This document shows positions 15,255 to 28,452 of a DNA stretch of 64,000 bases, piece by piece (the stretch's first letter is position 1; the number at the start of each line of letters is the position of its first letter). Location of the stretch: NCBI RefSeq assembly GCF_006345805.1, contig NC_043004.1:79608001-79672000 (forward strand), read 5' to 3'. The notes beneath the pieces were generated by a model that had not been told where the DNA came from, did not search any database, and was given only the letters and a program-made list of their open reading frames with translations. The translations under genes and the position numbers were made by a program. This stretch comes from Octopus sinensis (Eukaryota).

Positions 15255-16250
15255 TGCCCCGTCCCGCTTCCTTTAATCAGATAGGCAAAGCAGTTTTGCT
15301 TTGCCTGGTGTGTGTGGCGAAAGAGGTCGTCTGATGAACGAGGTTGAAAGGTTCATTTAAAAAGGGAATTTGAGGATCGAGATGGAAGTGTTGTCCTCGA
15401 GTGAGTTTATTGAAAAGGTGGGTGAAAGTTGCGAAAATGGCAAGAGTGGATGGTACCTCACTAACAGTAGACCTGTGAGTCGGACAAAAGGAATTGGGGA
15501 GGGCACTTGTCCTCGGTGTTCAGGGAGATCTTCGACAGTGGGGTTCCTCGATTATCCCCAGTGGTTATCCTGTATCAGGAGGACTGCATCTCCATCATCA
15601 ATCCCTTTTTTAACATTTGTATACCCGGTGTATTTCTTTTCCTTTTCATTGTACACTGGGTATACTTACTGTTTTTTTTCTTCTTGCTATTCGTTTGTAT
15701 ATTTTATCATTTCATTATAGGTAAACCCCAACACTTTGGGTCTGTCTTTGTAATGTCCCCGCCATCTTTCACCCTGCTGGCAAATAAATGAAATCATTAG
15801 CGAAAGAGGTAGTATGGTGGACCCGTTTGAAAGGGCGAAAGACAGACACTTTCCTCTTTGGCCAAGCCCTCATCCAACTTTTCCAAGTTTCACTCGAAAA
15901 GGAAATTGAGGGTGGAGAGGGAAGTGTTGCCTTGTAGCAACCTTATTGAAAGGTGGGTGAATGCTGGAAGAATGGCCAGTGTGAAAGGACCAATACTGAG
16001 CGTGCACCTGCAAACAAAAGGAGAAGGGCTCTTACCCTGTTGTTCAGGCACCCGTGGCTTTTGTGGGTTTTTCCACGAGGACCTTAAATCACCTCCCCTA
16101 TTGGGAGTTTTAATTTGTTCAATTTTTAATTGTTATTTATATTGTTCACACACTGTAAAACCCTTTATATTGTCCTGTTTTTGACGTTTATGTTGTTGCA
16201 TGTCTTTTAATATTATTTTATGCGAGCCCTTGTGGCTAATAAAATAATAA
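15255..16250 (+). mobile_element. Two tandem 3' fragments of a Tx1/L1-clade LINE
   Basis: LCLVCVAKEVV and HSKRKLRVEREVLPCSNLIERWVNAGRMA match the C-terminus of the 36413 copy; both are followed by T-rich 3' UTRs. Confidence 0.7.
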
Positions 16251-16277
16251 ATTATTATTATTATTATTATTATTATT

Positions 16278-16651
16278 CAGTAGTTTTATTTTTATAGCGT
16301 GCTTTCACTTCACTACCGAGCGCAGCTCTGTGTGCCTTGGGTATGTGCTGTGATTTGTTGTGATGCTCTGATGGTTATTGTATGGAAAGTGTTCTGCGTA
16401 GGATGTGTGCAGTGCCTAGTAGTGCAATTTTCTGTATGTTATATGTGTTTGTAAGTCCTGGTGTTTTTGTTATGTATTTGTCTGAATATTTTTTTATCAT
16501 GCCTAATGCACCTACTATGATAGGAATTGTTTCTGTTTTCAGGTTCCACATTCTAGTTACCTCTATTTCCAGGTCTTTGTATTTTGAGAGTTTCTCCATT
16601 TCTTTTAGAGACACGTTGTCATCAGCCGGTATTGATACATCAATTAGAAAG

Positions 16652-16652
<1 letters not shown>
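16278..16652 (-). mobile_element. R4/Dong-type LINE, 5'-truncated 3' end (restriction-like endonuclease), in (TAA)n
   Basis: CFLIDVSIPADDNVSLKEMEKLSKYKDLEIEVTRMW.LKT..IPIIVGALG, open to the stop at 16375, with (TAA)n on both sides. Dong elements are known to target TAA repeats. Confidence 0.85.
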
Positions 16653-16687
<35 letters not shown>

Positions 16688-16688
<1 letters not shown>

Positions 16689-17221
16689 GAGTGAGAGAGC
16701 AGAGCATGCTATCAAAGTGACACTGGGGTAAAATATACGAAGCCCAGTATACCAATCATGACTACCCGTCTGATAAGGGTACACCAGGCACATGCATCAC
16801 AATCACATGTGCACGACATGGTGATGTCATATTAAGATTAACAGCACATGACCTTGCAGGTGGGGCCCAGTTAGAATTTTCTTCAGGTTGAGTAGCCCAT
16901 CCCGCTGAAAAGGTCCCTGAATAAGGGTTGTTTAAGGATGTTGAGGTGAATTATTCAAACCCCAAAGAATCCCTCTCAACACATGGCTATGATGCTCCCC
17001 CACTACTTCTGCTCGTGATCAGAGATGCACATGCCGTCAGCCACAAAGGGACATGCTCAACTGGTTTAAAGTCAAACAACTGACAGGCAAATCTATGGTA
17101 TTGAGCAGAATATTTGCTGTAGCCCATCTTTTATACCAAGACAAAACAATGTCCATGATAACACTTCCAATCAGTTAAGATCAGAAGCCACGTGAGCCAC
17201 TGCCTGGTACTGCATCAGGGT
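16688..17221 (-). mobile_element. ~535-bp non-coding element inserted in (TAA)n, copy 1
   Basis: Highly similar to 21750-22297 in opposite orientation; both copies have (TAA)n on each side. Confidence 0.8.
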
Positions 17222-17222
17222 A

Positions 17223-17290
<68 letters not shown>

Positions 17291-17318
17291 TATTATTATT
17301 ATTATTATTATTATCTAA

Positions 17319-17545
17319 GGCGGGCAAGCTGGCAGAATCGTTAGCACGTCGGGCGGAATGCTTGGCGGTATTTCGTCCGTCTTCATGTTCTGAGTTCAAA
17401 TTCTGCCGAGGTTGACTTCGCACTTCATGTTTTCGGGGTCGGTGAAGTAAGTACCAGTCACGCACTGAAGTCGATGTAATCGACTAGCCTCCCACCCCAC
17501 TCCGCCAAAGTTTCAGGCCTTGTGCCTATAATAGAAAGGATTATT
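17319..17545 (+). mobile_element. SINE family B
   Basis: Head and core match the 9923 copy. Confidence 0.8.
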
Positions 17546-17869
17546 ATTATTGTTGTTGATGTCGTTGTTTTGAAATGGGCTGAAGAGGAGTTTTGACTGT
17601 GAGGAAATGTCATTTTTCGAAATGGTACTCTTGTCTAGACACCAAAAGTCACTAATTAAAAGTTAAGAATTCTTAGCAAACGTCTAAAGTCTGAGAGCAA
17701 TGCTAGAATAGAAGCTTATGAATTTGATTGCTATCAGCTTTCAGGAAATGTCAATGGAATTGGTATATGTAAGAGAAAAATAATTCGTATTCTTCATCAT
17801 GCAAGGTGTTGTGTTTCTTTCAGTTGAAGGTTCAAACCTCGCTGGAATTGCATTTTTTGTCCATTTTTT

Positions 17870-18231
17870 ATAAAAACATGTATGTATATGCACATACACT
17901 CGTATACATATACACACATGTATAACACACATATATGTTGTACATACGCATATATACACTTGAGCATACGCACGTGTAAATGCACACATGTATTTACGTA
18001 CGTGCTTATACATACACACGCGTACACACACGCATATATACATACATACATACATACATACCTACATACATACACAGATGCATACATGCATACATCATGC
18101 ACATACATACATACATACATACATACATACAAATATACATTCGTACATACATACATACATACATACATACATACATACATACATACAAATATACATTCGT
18201 ACATACATACAAATATACATTCGTACATACA

Positions 18232-18265
<34 letters not shown>

Positions 18266-18465
18266 CATGCATACATACATACATACACACATACATACAT
18301 ACTACATACATACATTCATGCATACATACATGCATACATCATACACATACATACATACATACATACATACATACATACATACATACATACATACATACAT
18401 ACATACATACATACATACATACATACACACATACACGCATACATACACACATACATACAATTCAA
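17870..18465. repeat. (TACA)n microsatellite
   Basis: Read directly. Confidence 0.9.
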
Positions 18466-18738
18466 TTCAATTTAATTGAATTCGACTCAAGAACGAGAAA
18501 TCCCTTCCAAGTACCTGCAACATAAAAGGCTGCAAACGTTGACAGACAAGAAATGTTGTCTGCGCAGAATCAAGGCTGAACGCATGAAGCCGCGTAATTG
18601 CCAACTGCGAGGGAATGTCTTCCAGATGTTATCTTCCCATGGGGCATGATGCGGTGGCCAGAACGGAATACGAAAACTAAAGCACCAACAGACGAAGTTG
18701 TCTAAATTGAAGTTGATGACTAAAAAGAATATTAGTGG

Positions 18739-19170
18739 AGGATCTTTTCGGTTTGACGGCAGTTTTTTCTAGCGGTGTCATATGAAATTGTCACACATAA
18801 TTATGACCCTAGTATCGATCTATTGCATTTCAATCTGTTAAAGGGTTAGGGTTAGTTAGGGTTAGGGTTAGGGGTGGGGGAAGGGTATATTTTTTTCTTC
18901 AGAAATGTAAATAAACCCAATCTGTTTCTTAAACGAGGGACATAGTCATACGGCACAGAATGTTTTTTACCTCAATAGTGTCAGTGATTGGTTGAAATTG
19001 CAGAAATTGAAGGAAAAAACAACAAATATCTTACAAACTATAGAATTTTCTCAATAAAGCCAAGAGAAAAAGATGTTTTATAAACACATTCTACCAGTAT
19101 ACGAAGTTTAAAAGTGTTTAGTTACGTGGAAATTATTTTAAAAAACTGCCGTTCAAACCGAAAAGATCCT
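18739..19170 (+). mobile_element. MITE with ~30-bp TIRs, 6-bp TSD and internal (TTAGGG)n, copy 1
   Basis: TIR AGGATCTTTTCGGTTTGA(A)CGGCAGTTTTT; TSD TAGTGG at 18733-18738 and 19171-19176. Confidence 0.9.
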
Positions 19171-19194
19171 TAGTGGAACTTTAAAATGAAAACA

Positions 19195-19560
19195 GGCATG
19201 AAGTTGAGTCACAACTGGTCGTACATTGTTGTATGTGATCTCAAGATAAGGTGTGCTTTGTTATTAAAACCAGTTGCTTTCTTGAAGCCAACGGGGTCAG
19301 AAAAATAAGGGAGAATGAAAATATCTTTGGACCCTTGATAAAGACTTTTCAAATTCAGTACCCAAGTTACACCTTTATCTTAAAACATATTATTATTGGA
19401 GCAACTGGATACATACTAAACACGTCTCGAACCAAGTATGGCTGAAATTGGGTTCTTGCGGAGAGAATGCAACTCCTTACTTGATACGCTGTAAATGATC
19501 CCTATATCAGGAACCAAAAAAATCTACGAGACCTTGTTAAGACTTAAAGGACGATGAACA
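19195..19560 (+). mobile_element. Degenerate R4-like LINE endonuclease fragment
   Basis: KLSHNWSYIVVCD..KTSC...KIRENENIFGPLIKTFQIQYPSYTF..IIIGATGY aligns by eye with the 34060 and 56560 copies. Confidence 0.6.
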
Positions 19561-20045
19561 AAACAAGAAGCTTTCCTTCACAACCTCAAAGTAGATGGCT
19601 GGTCAGAATTTACAAAAATCACACACGCACACACACACACCACACACACACACACACACACATACACACACACACACCACACACACACACACACACATAC
19701 ATACATGCATACATACGGCTTAACCAGAACAAGCAAGGGTAGCCCTCGTGGTCATTGTGCAGGTCTTTCGAAACTATTGCGAAAAGAAAAGAGAAAGAAG
19801 ACAGCAAAACTCATTGATTACCATAGTAAAAAAATCTCTTGGAGAAGATACCGACGCATTCTTCAAATAGACATATCTGGTTCGAATATTGGCGACGGTG
19901 TAAGCTATTTCGTTTGAAGTTCTTAAAGAGCCAATATGTGGTGCTTAAACTGGGCAATGTTTTAAGTGCATTCGTGCTTCCAGTCATGACCATCTCGTCT
20001 TTTTTCTTTTCTATATTCGTTGAGAATCCTGACTAAAAACTAACT

Positions 20046-20360
20046 GACACCCCAGGGGTTAAGATGGCGTGCGTTCCAGTCGATCCGATCCACGGAACAG
20101 CTTGTTTGAGAAATTAACGTGGAAATGACTGAGCAATCCAGACACGCGTGCCATTGATGTAGCTCTCAGGGAGACTCAGCGTGACTCAGAATGGAACGAC
20201 GCCGGCCCCCTTTGAATTACAGGTACAACTCATATTTGCTAGCCGATGTGACTTGATTGGAACGGCGCGAATTAAAACGTCTTGTTGAAGGACAAAACGC
20301 GCTGCAGGGTGTCGAACTCACGTCCTTACGATCGTGAACCGCGTACCCTCTCCACTCAAC
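20046..20360 (-). mobile_element. SINE family C, diverged
   Basis: Reverse complement of the 39064 copy tail (GATCGGATC.ACTGGAAC) and of its tRNA-like head. Confidence 0.7.
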
Positions 20361-20764
20361 CCAAACCCTTATTAAAGTAGCGAATTGCCCGACTTGCTAG
20401 AGTTTTGTTCCAATTCTGTACGCTCTGAGTTCAAATCCCACCTAGGTCAATTTTGCCTTTCATCCTTTCAAGGGTCGATAAATAAAGTACGAATCCAGGG
20501 TGGTGGGTTGGTGGCGGAACTGTCGGGCAAAATACCTTGCGGTGTCTGTTCCGGTTCGTTGCGTTCTGAAATAAACATCTCTGCGACGACAATGGTGCCA
20601 TGTTGAATCTTCCCAGATCGACGGCGTTTCTCTTGGACAAACATCGGCAGCGAGGAGGCGCATGGAAATTGCAAGTCTTCTCCAATAAGTCTTGTCCAGC
20701 CTTGCACATAGATGTACAAATTCGTGGTTGACAGTGGCCAACGGAGATCCATACAAAAATTATC

Positions 20765-21082
20765 GTGTCTGTGTGGTAAGAAGCTTGCTTCCCAACCACA
20801 TGGTTCTGGTTTCAGTCCCACTGCGTGGCACCTTGGGCAAGTGTCCGACCAAAGCTTTGTGAGTGGATTTGGTAGACGGAAACTGAAAGAAGCTCGTTGT
20901 ATGTGTGTGTGTGCGCGCGTGTCTTTGTGTCTTTGTCCCTAACCATCGCTTGACAACTAATGAAAAGTCACCGACAGAATAAGTAACAGATATTAAAAAG
21001 TAACAACTGGGGTTGACACGTCCAACTAGAGTTCTTCAAAGCGGAGCCCTAGCATGGCCGCAGTCTCATGACTGAAAATAGT
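20765..21082 (+). mobile_element. SINE family A
   Basis: Head and tail match the 8280 copy. Confidence 0.75.
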
Positions 21083-21289
21083 TAGTGATAAAAAATAACA
21101 GATAAAGATATTTCTAGGTCTGACCTTGAGAAACATTGAGCTAAACATATAGATAAAAACCAGGTTTTTTAAATACATTTTATCGTTCAACCGTTAAGCA
21201 CAAAAATACACCCAAATATATTTTTGTTTGACCCAAAAGTGAGTTGCGAGCAAAAAATAAAATAACAACAATAATAATAATATTTTTTT

Positions 21290-21506
21290 TTATTGCCCAC
21301 AAGGGGCTGAACATAGAGGGGATAAACAAGGACAGACAAACAGATTAAGTCGATTACATCGACCCCAGTGCGTAACTGGTACTTAATTTATCGACCCCGA
21401 AAGGATGAAAGGCAAAGTCGACCTCGGCGGAATTTGAACTCAGAACGCAGCAGCAGACGAAATAACACAAAACATTTCGCCTGACTTGCTAACGTTTCTG
21501 CCAGCT
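21290..21506 (-). mobile_element. SINE family B
   Basis: Reverse complement of the family B head and core. Confidence 0.8.
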
Positions 21507-21681
21507 ATGATAATAATGATTTATTTTATTGATTACAAAGGCCCCAGGCATGGGGGACAATATCGAAGGACGAGTTACAGAGCAACAAAAAAATTACTAA
21601 AACGTGTGGTTAACATCAATCAAGAGGAGATGCTACCACATTAAAGAACATAACAGAGGATATATAATACAAAGTAAACGA

Positions 21682-21749
<68 letters not shown>

Positions 21750-21751
<2 letters not shown>

Positions 21752-22297
21752 CAGTACCAGGCAGTGGCTCTCATGGCTTCTGATCTTAACTGATTGGAAG
21801 TGTTATCAAGTACATTGTTTTGTCTTGGTATAAAAGATGGGCTACAGCAAATATTCTGCTCAATACCACAGATTTGCTTGTCAGTTGTTTGACCTTAACC
21901 AGTTGAGCATGTCCCTTAGTGGCTGACGACATGTGCATCTCTGATCACGAGCAGAAGTAGTGGGGGAGCATCATAGCCATGTGTTGAGAGGGATTCTTTG
22001 GGGTTTGAATAGTTCACCTCTGGAAACATGGGTGGTTCTTTCAACATCCTTAAACAACCCTTATTCAGGGACCGTTTGAGCAGGATGGGCTACTCAACCT
22101 GAAGAAAATTCTAACTGGGCCCCACCTGCAAGGTCATGTGCTGTTTATCTTGATATGAGATCACCATGTCGCGCACATATGGTTGTGATGCATGTGCCTG
22201 GTGTACATTTATCAGACGGGTAGTCATGATGAGTATATTGGGCTTCGTATATTTTACCCCAGTGTCACTTTGATGGCATGAACTGCTCTCTCACTCA
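21750..22297 (+). mobile_element. ~545-bp non-coding element inserted in (TAA)n, copy 2
   Basis: Paralog of 16688-17221, with (TAA)n on both sides. Confidence 0.8.
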
Positions 22298-22522
22298 ATA
22301 ATAATAATAATAAATAAATAAATAAATAAATAGAATCACCAGTCGCGGGGCAGTCGACTTAGAGTAAGCTGGGGTGAACCCCAAGCAAAAATCCCAGATT
22401 ACTCTGCCATCTTCAAGGCATTGGAGAGTTCCCTCTTCCAGTTTCTTTCCTCCTGCTTAGAAAAGCATACTCAAAATAGATCCATTAAGTCTCACCAGTT
22501 TTGCTACAATAATGATAATAAT

Positions 22523-23978
22523 AACAAGAGCGCTTTGAAAGCGCAAACCTCCGCCAAGGCAACACCAATGTCCTCTCAATGATTAGCCAGAGATGAGTTT
22601 TAAAATGAGAATATCTGAAATAAACTCGACTGCTCCCACAGACGAAAATGCTAAAACTGAACTCGACCGCTCTCGAAAATTATGTAAAAAAAACAGGAAA
22701 AATAATCAATCCCTAAATCTAATCAGTTCATGTCAGTCACGAGGCCAAACATCCCTGAAAGTTTCATCTGAATCTATCAAGTGGTTCTTGAGATATCTTG
22801 TCCACGGACAAACAAACAAACAAACAAACTGTAGAACGACCGTTCGGAAAGAAGATGGTGACGAATGAATGACTCCTCTAAACACCGCACGGTCGCCTTA
22901 CAATAAAAGCCAAAATATGGATAAATGAATAAAAGTTAACCAGAAAGGAATAAGGAGAAGACGACACAACCGATATGTTAAGAGAAAGGTTTTATTTAGA
23001 TGTCAACATGTGGGTAGCAGATTGTGTGTCTGTGTGTTCGACATAAGTACGTACATAATAATAATAATAAATAATAATAATAATAATATAATAATAATAA
23101 TAATAATTAATAATAATAGACAATAGACAGGCAGTCATGCATACAATAATGTGTATGTGTGTACAAACAAGGTGTATGCATGTGAGATAAAATACAGAGC
23201 ATAGAAATGAGTCTGTCAGGACGCTAGAAGAAGATCAGACACAAATGAAGGTAAATACCAGTTCGTAGTAAGAATGCAATAGTTGGGTTCTGTACAAAGA
23301 GGTTGAGGTCACAAGGCAGAGGTCGGTTGAACACATGTCGTGTAGCGGTTGAGGCTTCCATGCTGAGCCGGGTTACTTGGTACAGAAGGTTCTCGCAGGT
23401 CGAGCTAGCTGTTAACCGTGATGAAATATTCACAAACAGCGTGAAGTTAAAGCTAGGCGAAGTTTATGTTGGGCGTCGTTAAGATCCAGGCGACGCTGGT
23501 GGAGACGACGATAAGATTGAAGGCGACGTTAAGATGAAGGCGACGGTGGTGAAAGGTCCCGAATACTGCTGGTGTTGGTGTTGTCGCTGGAACTAGCTGA
23601 GTCGCTGGAACATGGGTGCGTCGCGGAAACTACCTGAGTGCTCTGTGGTCAGTGGTTGGATAACCAAAGACGCGCCATTCAATGAATCGCTGGATTTTAT
23701 AGCAGATAGTAGGCCCCAGAAGAAAATTTAGAAGACTGTGTCACGGGACCTTATCAGAAGGTTGCGATTGGTTGGGTTTCATATTGGCGCGTAAATAAAG
23801 CAAGAGACAAACTGCACCAAAACCAACCAATCAGAGTAGTGGACACAACAGGGCCAAAGCGACCGATGGTTAACTGTTATCTGCTACGTCCGTATTTGTG
23901 TTATATATGTCAGAGAGGGAGGATTTCACTGAGGGTCCGCTACAAAAACAAACACGACTGAAAAACTATACTTCCGCC

Positions 23979-23980
<2 letters not shown>
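22523..23980 (+). mobile_element. Helentron-associated (HINE/DINE-1-like) element interrupted by a solo LTR
   Basis: Begins AACAAGAGCG...AACCTCCGCCAAGG, contains AAGTTTCAT...TGGTTCTTGAGATATC and (AAAC)n, and resumes after 23944 with ...ACTTCCGCCAA. Confidence 0.45.
22830..23944 (-). mobile_element. Solo LTR (~1.1 kb)
   Basis: TGTAG...CTACA termini; near-TSD CAAAC/AAAAC; minus-strand AATAAA; related to 46350 and 55160. Confidence 0.7.
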
Positions 23981-24028
<48 letters not shown>

Positions 24029-24380
24029 TAATAATAATAATAATAAACAACTGTTAGGGAATCACGAACCGCTTGCATCGAGACCCCCTGGTCGGTTGGA
24101 AAACTTTGAAATGTTTACAGCAAGTAATACATATTTTTGAAGCATGCAGTGTTTATGTCAACAGCCTTATATAACCCCAATTCAGATACAAACTGTGAAT
24201 AAATATTTAGGTTAGACAGTCGCCATTATTGAAACTGTCAACAAAACGGTTTATCACTGGGAGACAATGTGTAATATTAGCGGGAAATTAAAAATATTTA
24301 CTTTATATAATGTATAATCTCCTCCTCCACTCTCTGTCTCTGTCTCTCTGTCTCTCTGTCTCTGTCTCTGTCTCTGTCTC

Positions 24381-24469
<89 letters not shown>

Positions 24470-24522
24470 GCCTCGGGCCGACCTAAGCCTTGTCAGAGAA
24501 ACTGACAGAAGCCCGCCCTGTG

Positions 24523-24658
<136 letters not shown>

Positions 24659-24689
24659 GTGTATGTATGTATTTGCGTGTCTATGTTCC

Positions 24690-24857
24690 ATTATGTTCGT
24701 GTGTTTCAGTCATCTGACTGCGGCCATGCTGGAGCACCGCCTTTTGCCGAACAAATCGACTCCAGGACTTATTCTTTGTAAGCCTAGTACTTATTTTATC
24801 GGTCTCCTTTGCCGAACCGGTATTTTACGGGTATATAAACACATCAACATAAGGGAA

Positions 24858-24930
<73 letters not shown>

Positions 24931-25155
24931 ATACACACACTTATATGTATGCATATGCTTGTGTTTGATCCCCCCCCATCATCGCTTGGTAACCGATGTT
25001 GATGTGTTTACATACCCGTAATCTAGCGGTTTGGCAAAAGATACCGATAGAATAAGTACTAGGCTTACACAGAATAAGTCCTGAGGTCTATTAGTTTGAC
25101 AAAAGGTGGTGCTCCACTATGGACGCAGTCAGTTGACTGAAACAAATAAAAGATT
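24690..25155. mobile_element. Two SINE family A tails in opposite orientation around a (CA)n tract
   Basis: 24690-24870 (minus) and ~24960-25155 (plus) both match the family A 3' half. Confidence 0.7.
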
Positions 25156-25243
25156 GTATGTATGTATGTATGTATGTATGTATGTATGTATGTATGTATA
25201 TGTGTGTGTGTATGTATGTATGTATGTTATGTATGTATGTATG

Positions 25244-25292
<49 letters not shown>

Positions 25293-25380
25293 ACAATTGA
25301 GGGTAAAATTAATTAATTAATCAATTTCACCAAGTGTTCAGTATGTAAAAGGACCATTTAAGGTGAATTCAAAATATTAC

Positions 25381-25472
25381 ATTATATAATTAGGGCTTAG
25401 TAAAATAAATTACTTTGCCACAGTTCAGTATGTGGCAAAGTAATTTATTTTACTAAGCCCTAATTATATAAT
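25381..25472. repeat. Perfect 42-bp inverted repeat with an 8-nt loop
   Basis: ATTATATAATTAGGGCTTAGTAAAATAAATTACTTTGCCACA / GTTCAGTA / exact reverse complement. Confidence 0.95.
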
Positions 25473-25766
25473 ATATATATATATATATATATATTATATC
25501 GATTAGTCAATAGGTTGATAGGACTACACAGCACAGCAGGAAATGTATTAGGACATGAAATGTAAAAGCCAGACTAGATTATTTTATGCGCAACTCCATT
25601 GTCTCCCGAGACAAAAAGGATGCCAACAACAACCAACAAGTCAATAGGTTAGATGGTTAACCAGTTGACAAAAATACAGAAGAGAAATAGAACCAGGGCG
25701 TGTTTATAATTGGCACAATGACTCCCCCAAGATAAAACAAAATATATTTCAACAGAGAGGTTCACG

Positions 25767-26790
25767 TCAAGATACTCGTAAAACAAATACACGAGTTGAA
25801 TTCGGTGATTCTTGGTTCACAAATTCAAAAGGGACCACCAGGGCTGTGATAGAGATAGCGAGTCCTTCTATTCGTGACGAAGACGGCATCATCAATGTAG
25901 AAGTTAGAATGGGGGGGGGGTTGGATGCTGACGCAAACTCAACGCCTATAATTGAAACAGAATTCTTCCGTTTTGAATTGTTATAAATCAGCACCATTTT
26001 TTCATCTTTATGAAGACATTACAAAGATTTTACGAACTCGGTGAGATCTGCAAATTTGAAAATTTCATCCCATTATCGTCAGAATTATTGAATTAAACAA
26101 GAGCTTAGTGTTTTCAGTGAAAATTATTTTCGTTAGAATTGTAATTTAAGAGAAAATATTGTTGTTTAATCAAGATAATGGTATTAGTTTTTAAAGCATT
26201 CTGTGCTGAAGAAAAGTCTTAGTTTCCAAAGCACTTTGTGTTGTTTAAAACTGATTTTTCCAAGAAAATATCTCACAAAGCAACACTTTTATTTTTTTGC
26301 CAAGGAAGCTGAGTGGTTTTTTTCCGAGTAAATACATATTCGTGATTGATCGAAATATACTTCCAGTCAGCTCCACACTTTTTCTGTATCAGTCACGTCA
26401 ATGTTTAGCGTGCGCAGTTTAGGTGTCACATGATCTGACAATAGTATATACATAATTCTGTTGATGTAAATCGTTGGATCTGGCATATCTCCAAGTCAAT
26501 TTGAATCGATTTGATTTCCGTTGGAATGTTCAGGATCTTCTCCAATAATGGAAGTTGTTAGGAATGTCTGAACATCATTTCTCGCCTCAGATCTCACGAT
26601 TCGATAGCAATCTAAAGATCAATCGGAGATTCCATTTAATAATAACTATTTCCGTCAGTTTGGGTTTATCTGTATATTGAACTATTTTTGGTATTTCAGA
26701 AAGATTTGGCAGCAATTTCTTTCAGATCGAGCTGCTGCATTGGGAACGTCTGGCGAACTGTGCAGAATGGTTTGCAGCTAAATAAAGGTA
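25767..26790 (-). pseudogene. Possible decayed coding sequence with leucine-rich-repeat-like motifs
   Basis: Interrupted minus-strand frames read LLPNLSEIPK, TPKLRTLNIDV and LWKLRLFF, with a 76-codon open stretch at 25767-25997. There are many stops and frameshifts, and the family is not established. Confidence 0.2.
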
Positions 26791-26924
26791 CCGTATTATT
26801 ATGAAGGTGGAGCTGTGGGGCACACCTCATCGTTCGGCTGATTATTTTGGTACCACAGACTGCCTGATTAGGGATGAAAGGGACTAAACAACAACAACAA
26901 GCTTTTATTATAATGGTCTCAAAC

Positions 26925-27290
26925 TAGAGGAGGGGGATAAGTTGATTTCATTGACCCTAGTGTTTCACTGGTACTTAAGTTATCCACTCCGAAAGGATGA
27001 AAGGCAAAGTCGACCACGGCGGAATTTGAACTCAGAATGTAAGGACGGGCGAAATACCTATTTCTTTATTACCCACAAGGGGCCAAACACAGAGGGGACA
27101 AACAAGGACAGACATAGGTATTAAGTCGATTACATCGACCCCAGTGCGTAACTGGTACTTAATTTATCGACCCCGAAAGGATGAAAGGCAAAGTCGACCT
27201 CGGCGGAATTTGAACTCACAACGTAACAGCAGACGAAATACCGCTAAGCATTTCGTCCAGCGTGCTAACGATTCTTTTCTACTCTAGGCA
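26925..27290 (-). mobile_element. SINE family B dimer
   Basis: Two tandem cores with the same internal junction as at 9923 and 50290. Confidence 0.8.
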
Positions 27291-28452
27291 CAAGGCCCGA
27301 AATTTAGTTTATCTGGTCTTGTTCCTAAATTAAAAGCTATTATAATAATTAGTGAGGATGGCTAATTAGTAGTAGTGGTGATAGTGGAGGGGTGCACTCC
27401 GCCTCGGGTGACACTTTTATAGGGACGATACTTTGGGATCTACTGCGTAAGCCTGTTCGGGGTCCAGAGCGGCAAACTCAAGAGTTGCCTCGGACGACAC
27501 ACTTCACCTACGCCACTGCTCAGTAGTTAAGTTATACAATCACCAGTAAATTAGTTTCAAATTTTGGCACAAAGCCAGCAATTTTTACTTTTAGTAGAAA
27601 AGATTATTTCAATAAATAACAAAGGCGGTGAGCTGACAAACACCTTAGCACACCGGATAAAATGTTTTGCGGCGTTTCTTCCGGCTCTTTACGTTCTGAA
27701 TTCAAATTTCTCTGAAGTCAACTTTGACATTCGTTCTTTCGGGATCGATAAAATAAGCTCCAGTCGAACACTGGGGTCGAATGTAATCGACTAATTCTCT
27801 CCCTCCAAATGCCTGGTCTTGTGCCTATAGCAGAAGAATTATTTCAATAAATACCATCCCTTCTCAAAGCCAATCTAATTTCGGAGATTGATGTTTGGTT
27901 TTTAGAAACACAAACAAAAAGGAATAAAAAATGAAGTTGGACAGTAAAAGACATTGCAAAGAATACTAAACATTATTTAGTTTTAACTGAATTATTCTGT
28001 CACTTCCGTCATATAATTTCCGCTCTTTGCTTCCGTCGTTTTTGATATCCATTATTTTAATTAATTAACTGTTTTATCTTGATCAAGGACACAATATTTT
28101 AAGAACAAATACACACCAAATAAAATGCGGGGGGGGGGGAGTAATTGTTTTCTATATTTATTTCTTGGTACGCAATTTATAAATATATATTTCCATAACT
28201 ATTTAAATATAGTGTGGCTGTGTTATGTTATGATATAATATTGACGGTAAGTTATCTACATGGCCGACCTATCGGCTAGAAATATGTCTAAATCCTTATT
28301 ATCCTCAAACGCGACCATATCATATTAAAATAAGGAAAAACACGTTTGATAATATAGATCTGCATAGCATGTGTAGGCGCAGTTACCTCCCCCGGCGGCG
28401 GCTACCTAATTAGTTGGCCAATAGAGGGCATACGCAACATTAAGGTTCAGAG

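Noticed and set aside
15328-15355. CTGATGA...GAAA motif
   Set aside because: It lies in-frame within the Tx1 ORF2 remnant and has no stem I or stem III, so it is a chance match.
18840-18880. TTAGGG repeats suggesting a telomere or chromosome-fusion scar
   Set aside because: They are an internal part of a MITE present three times in the window.
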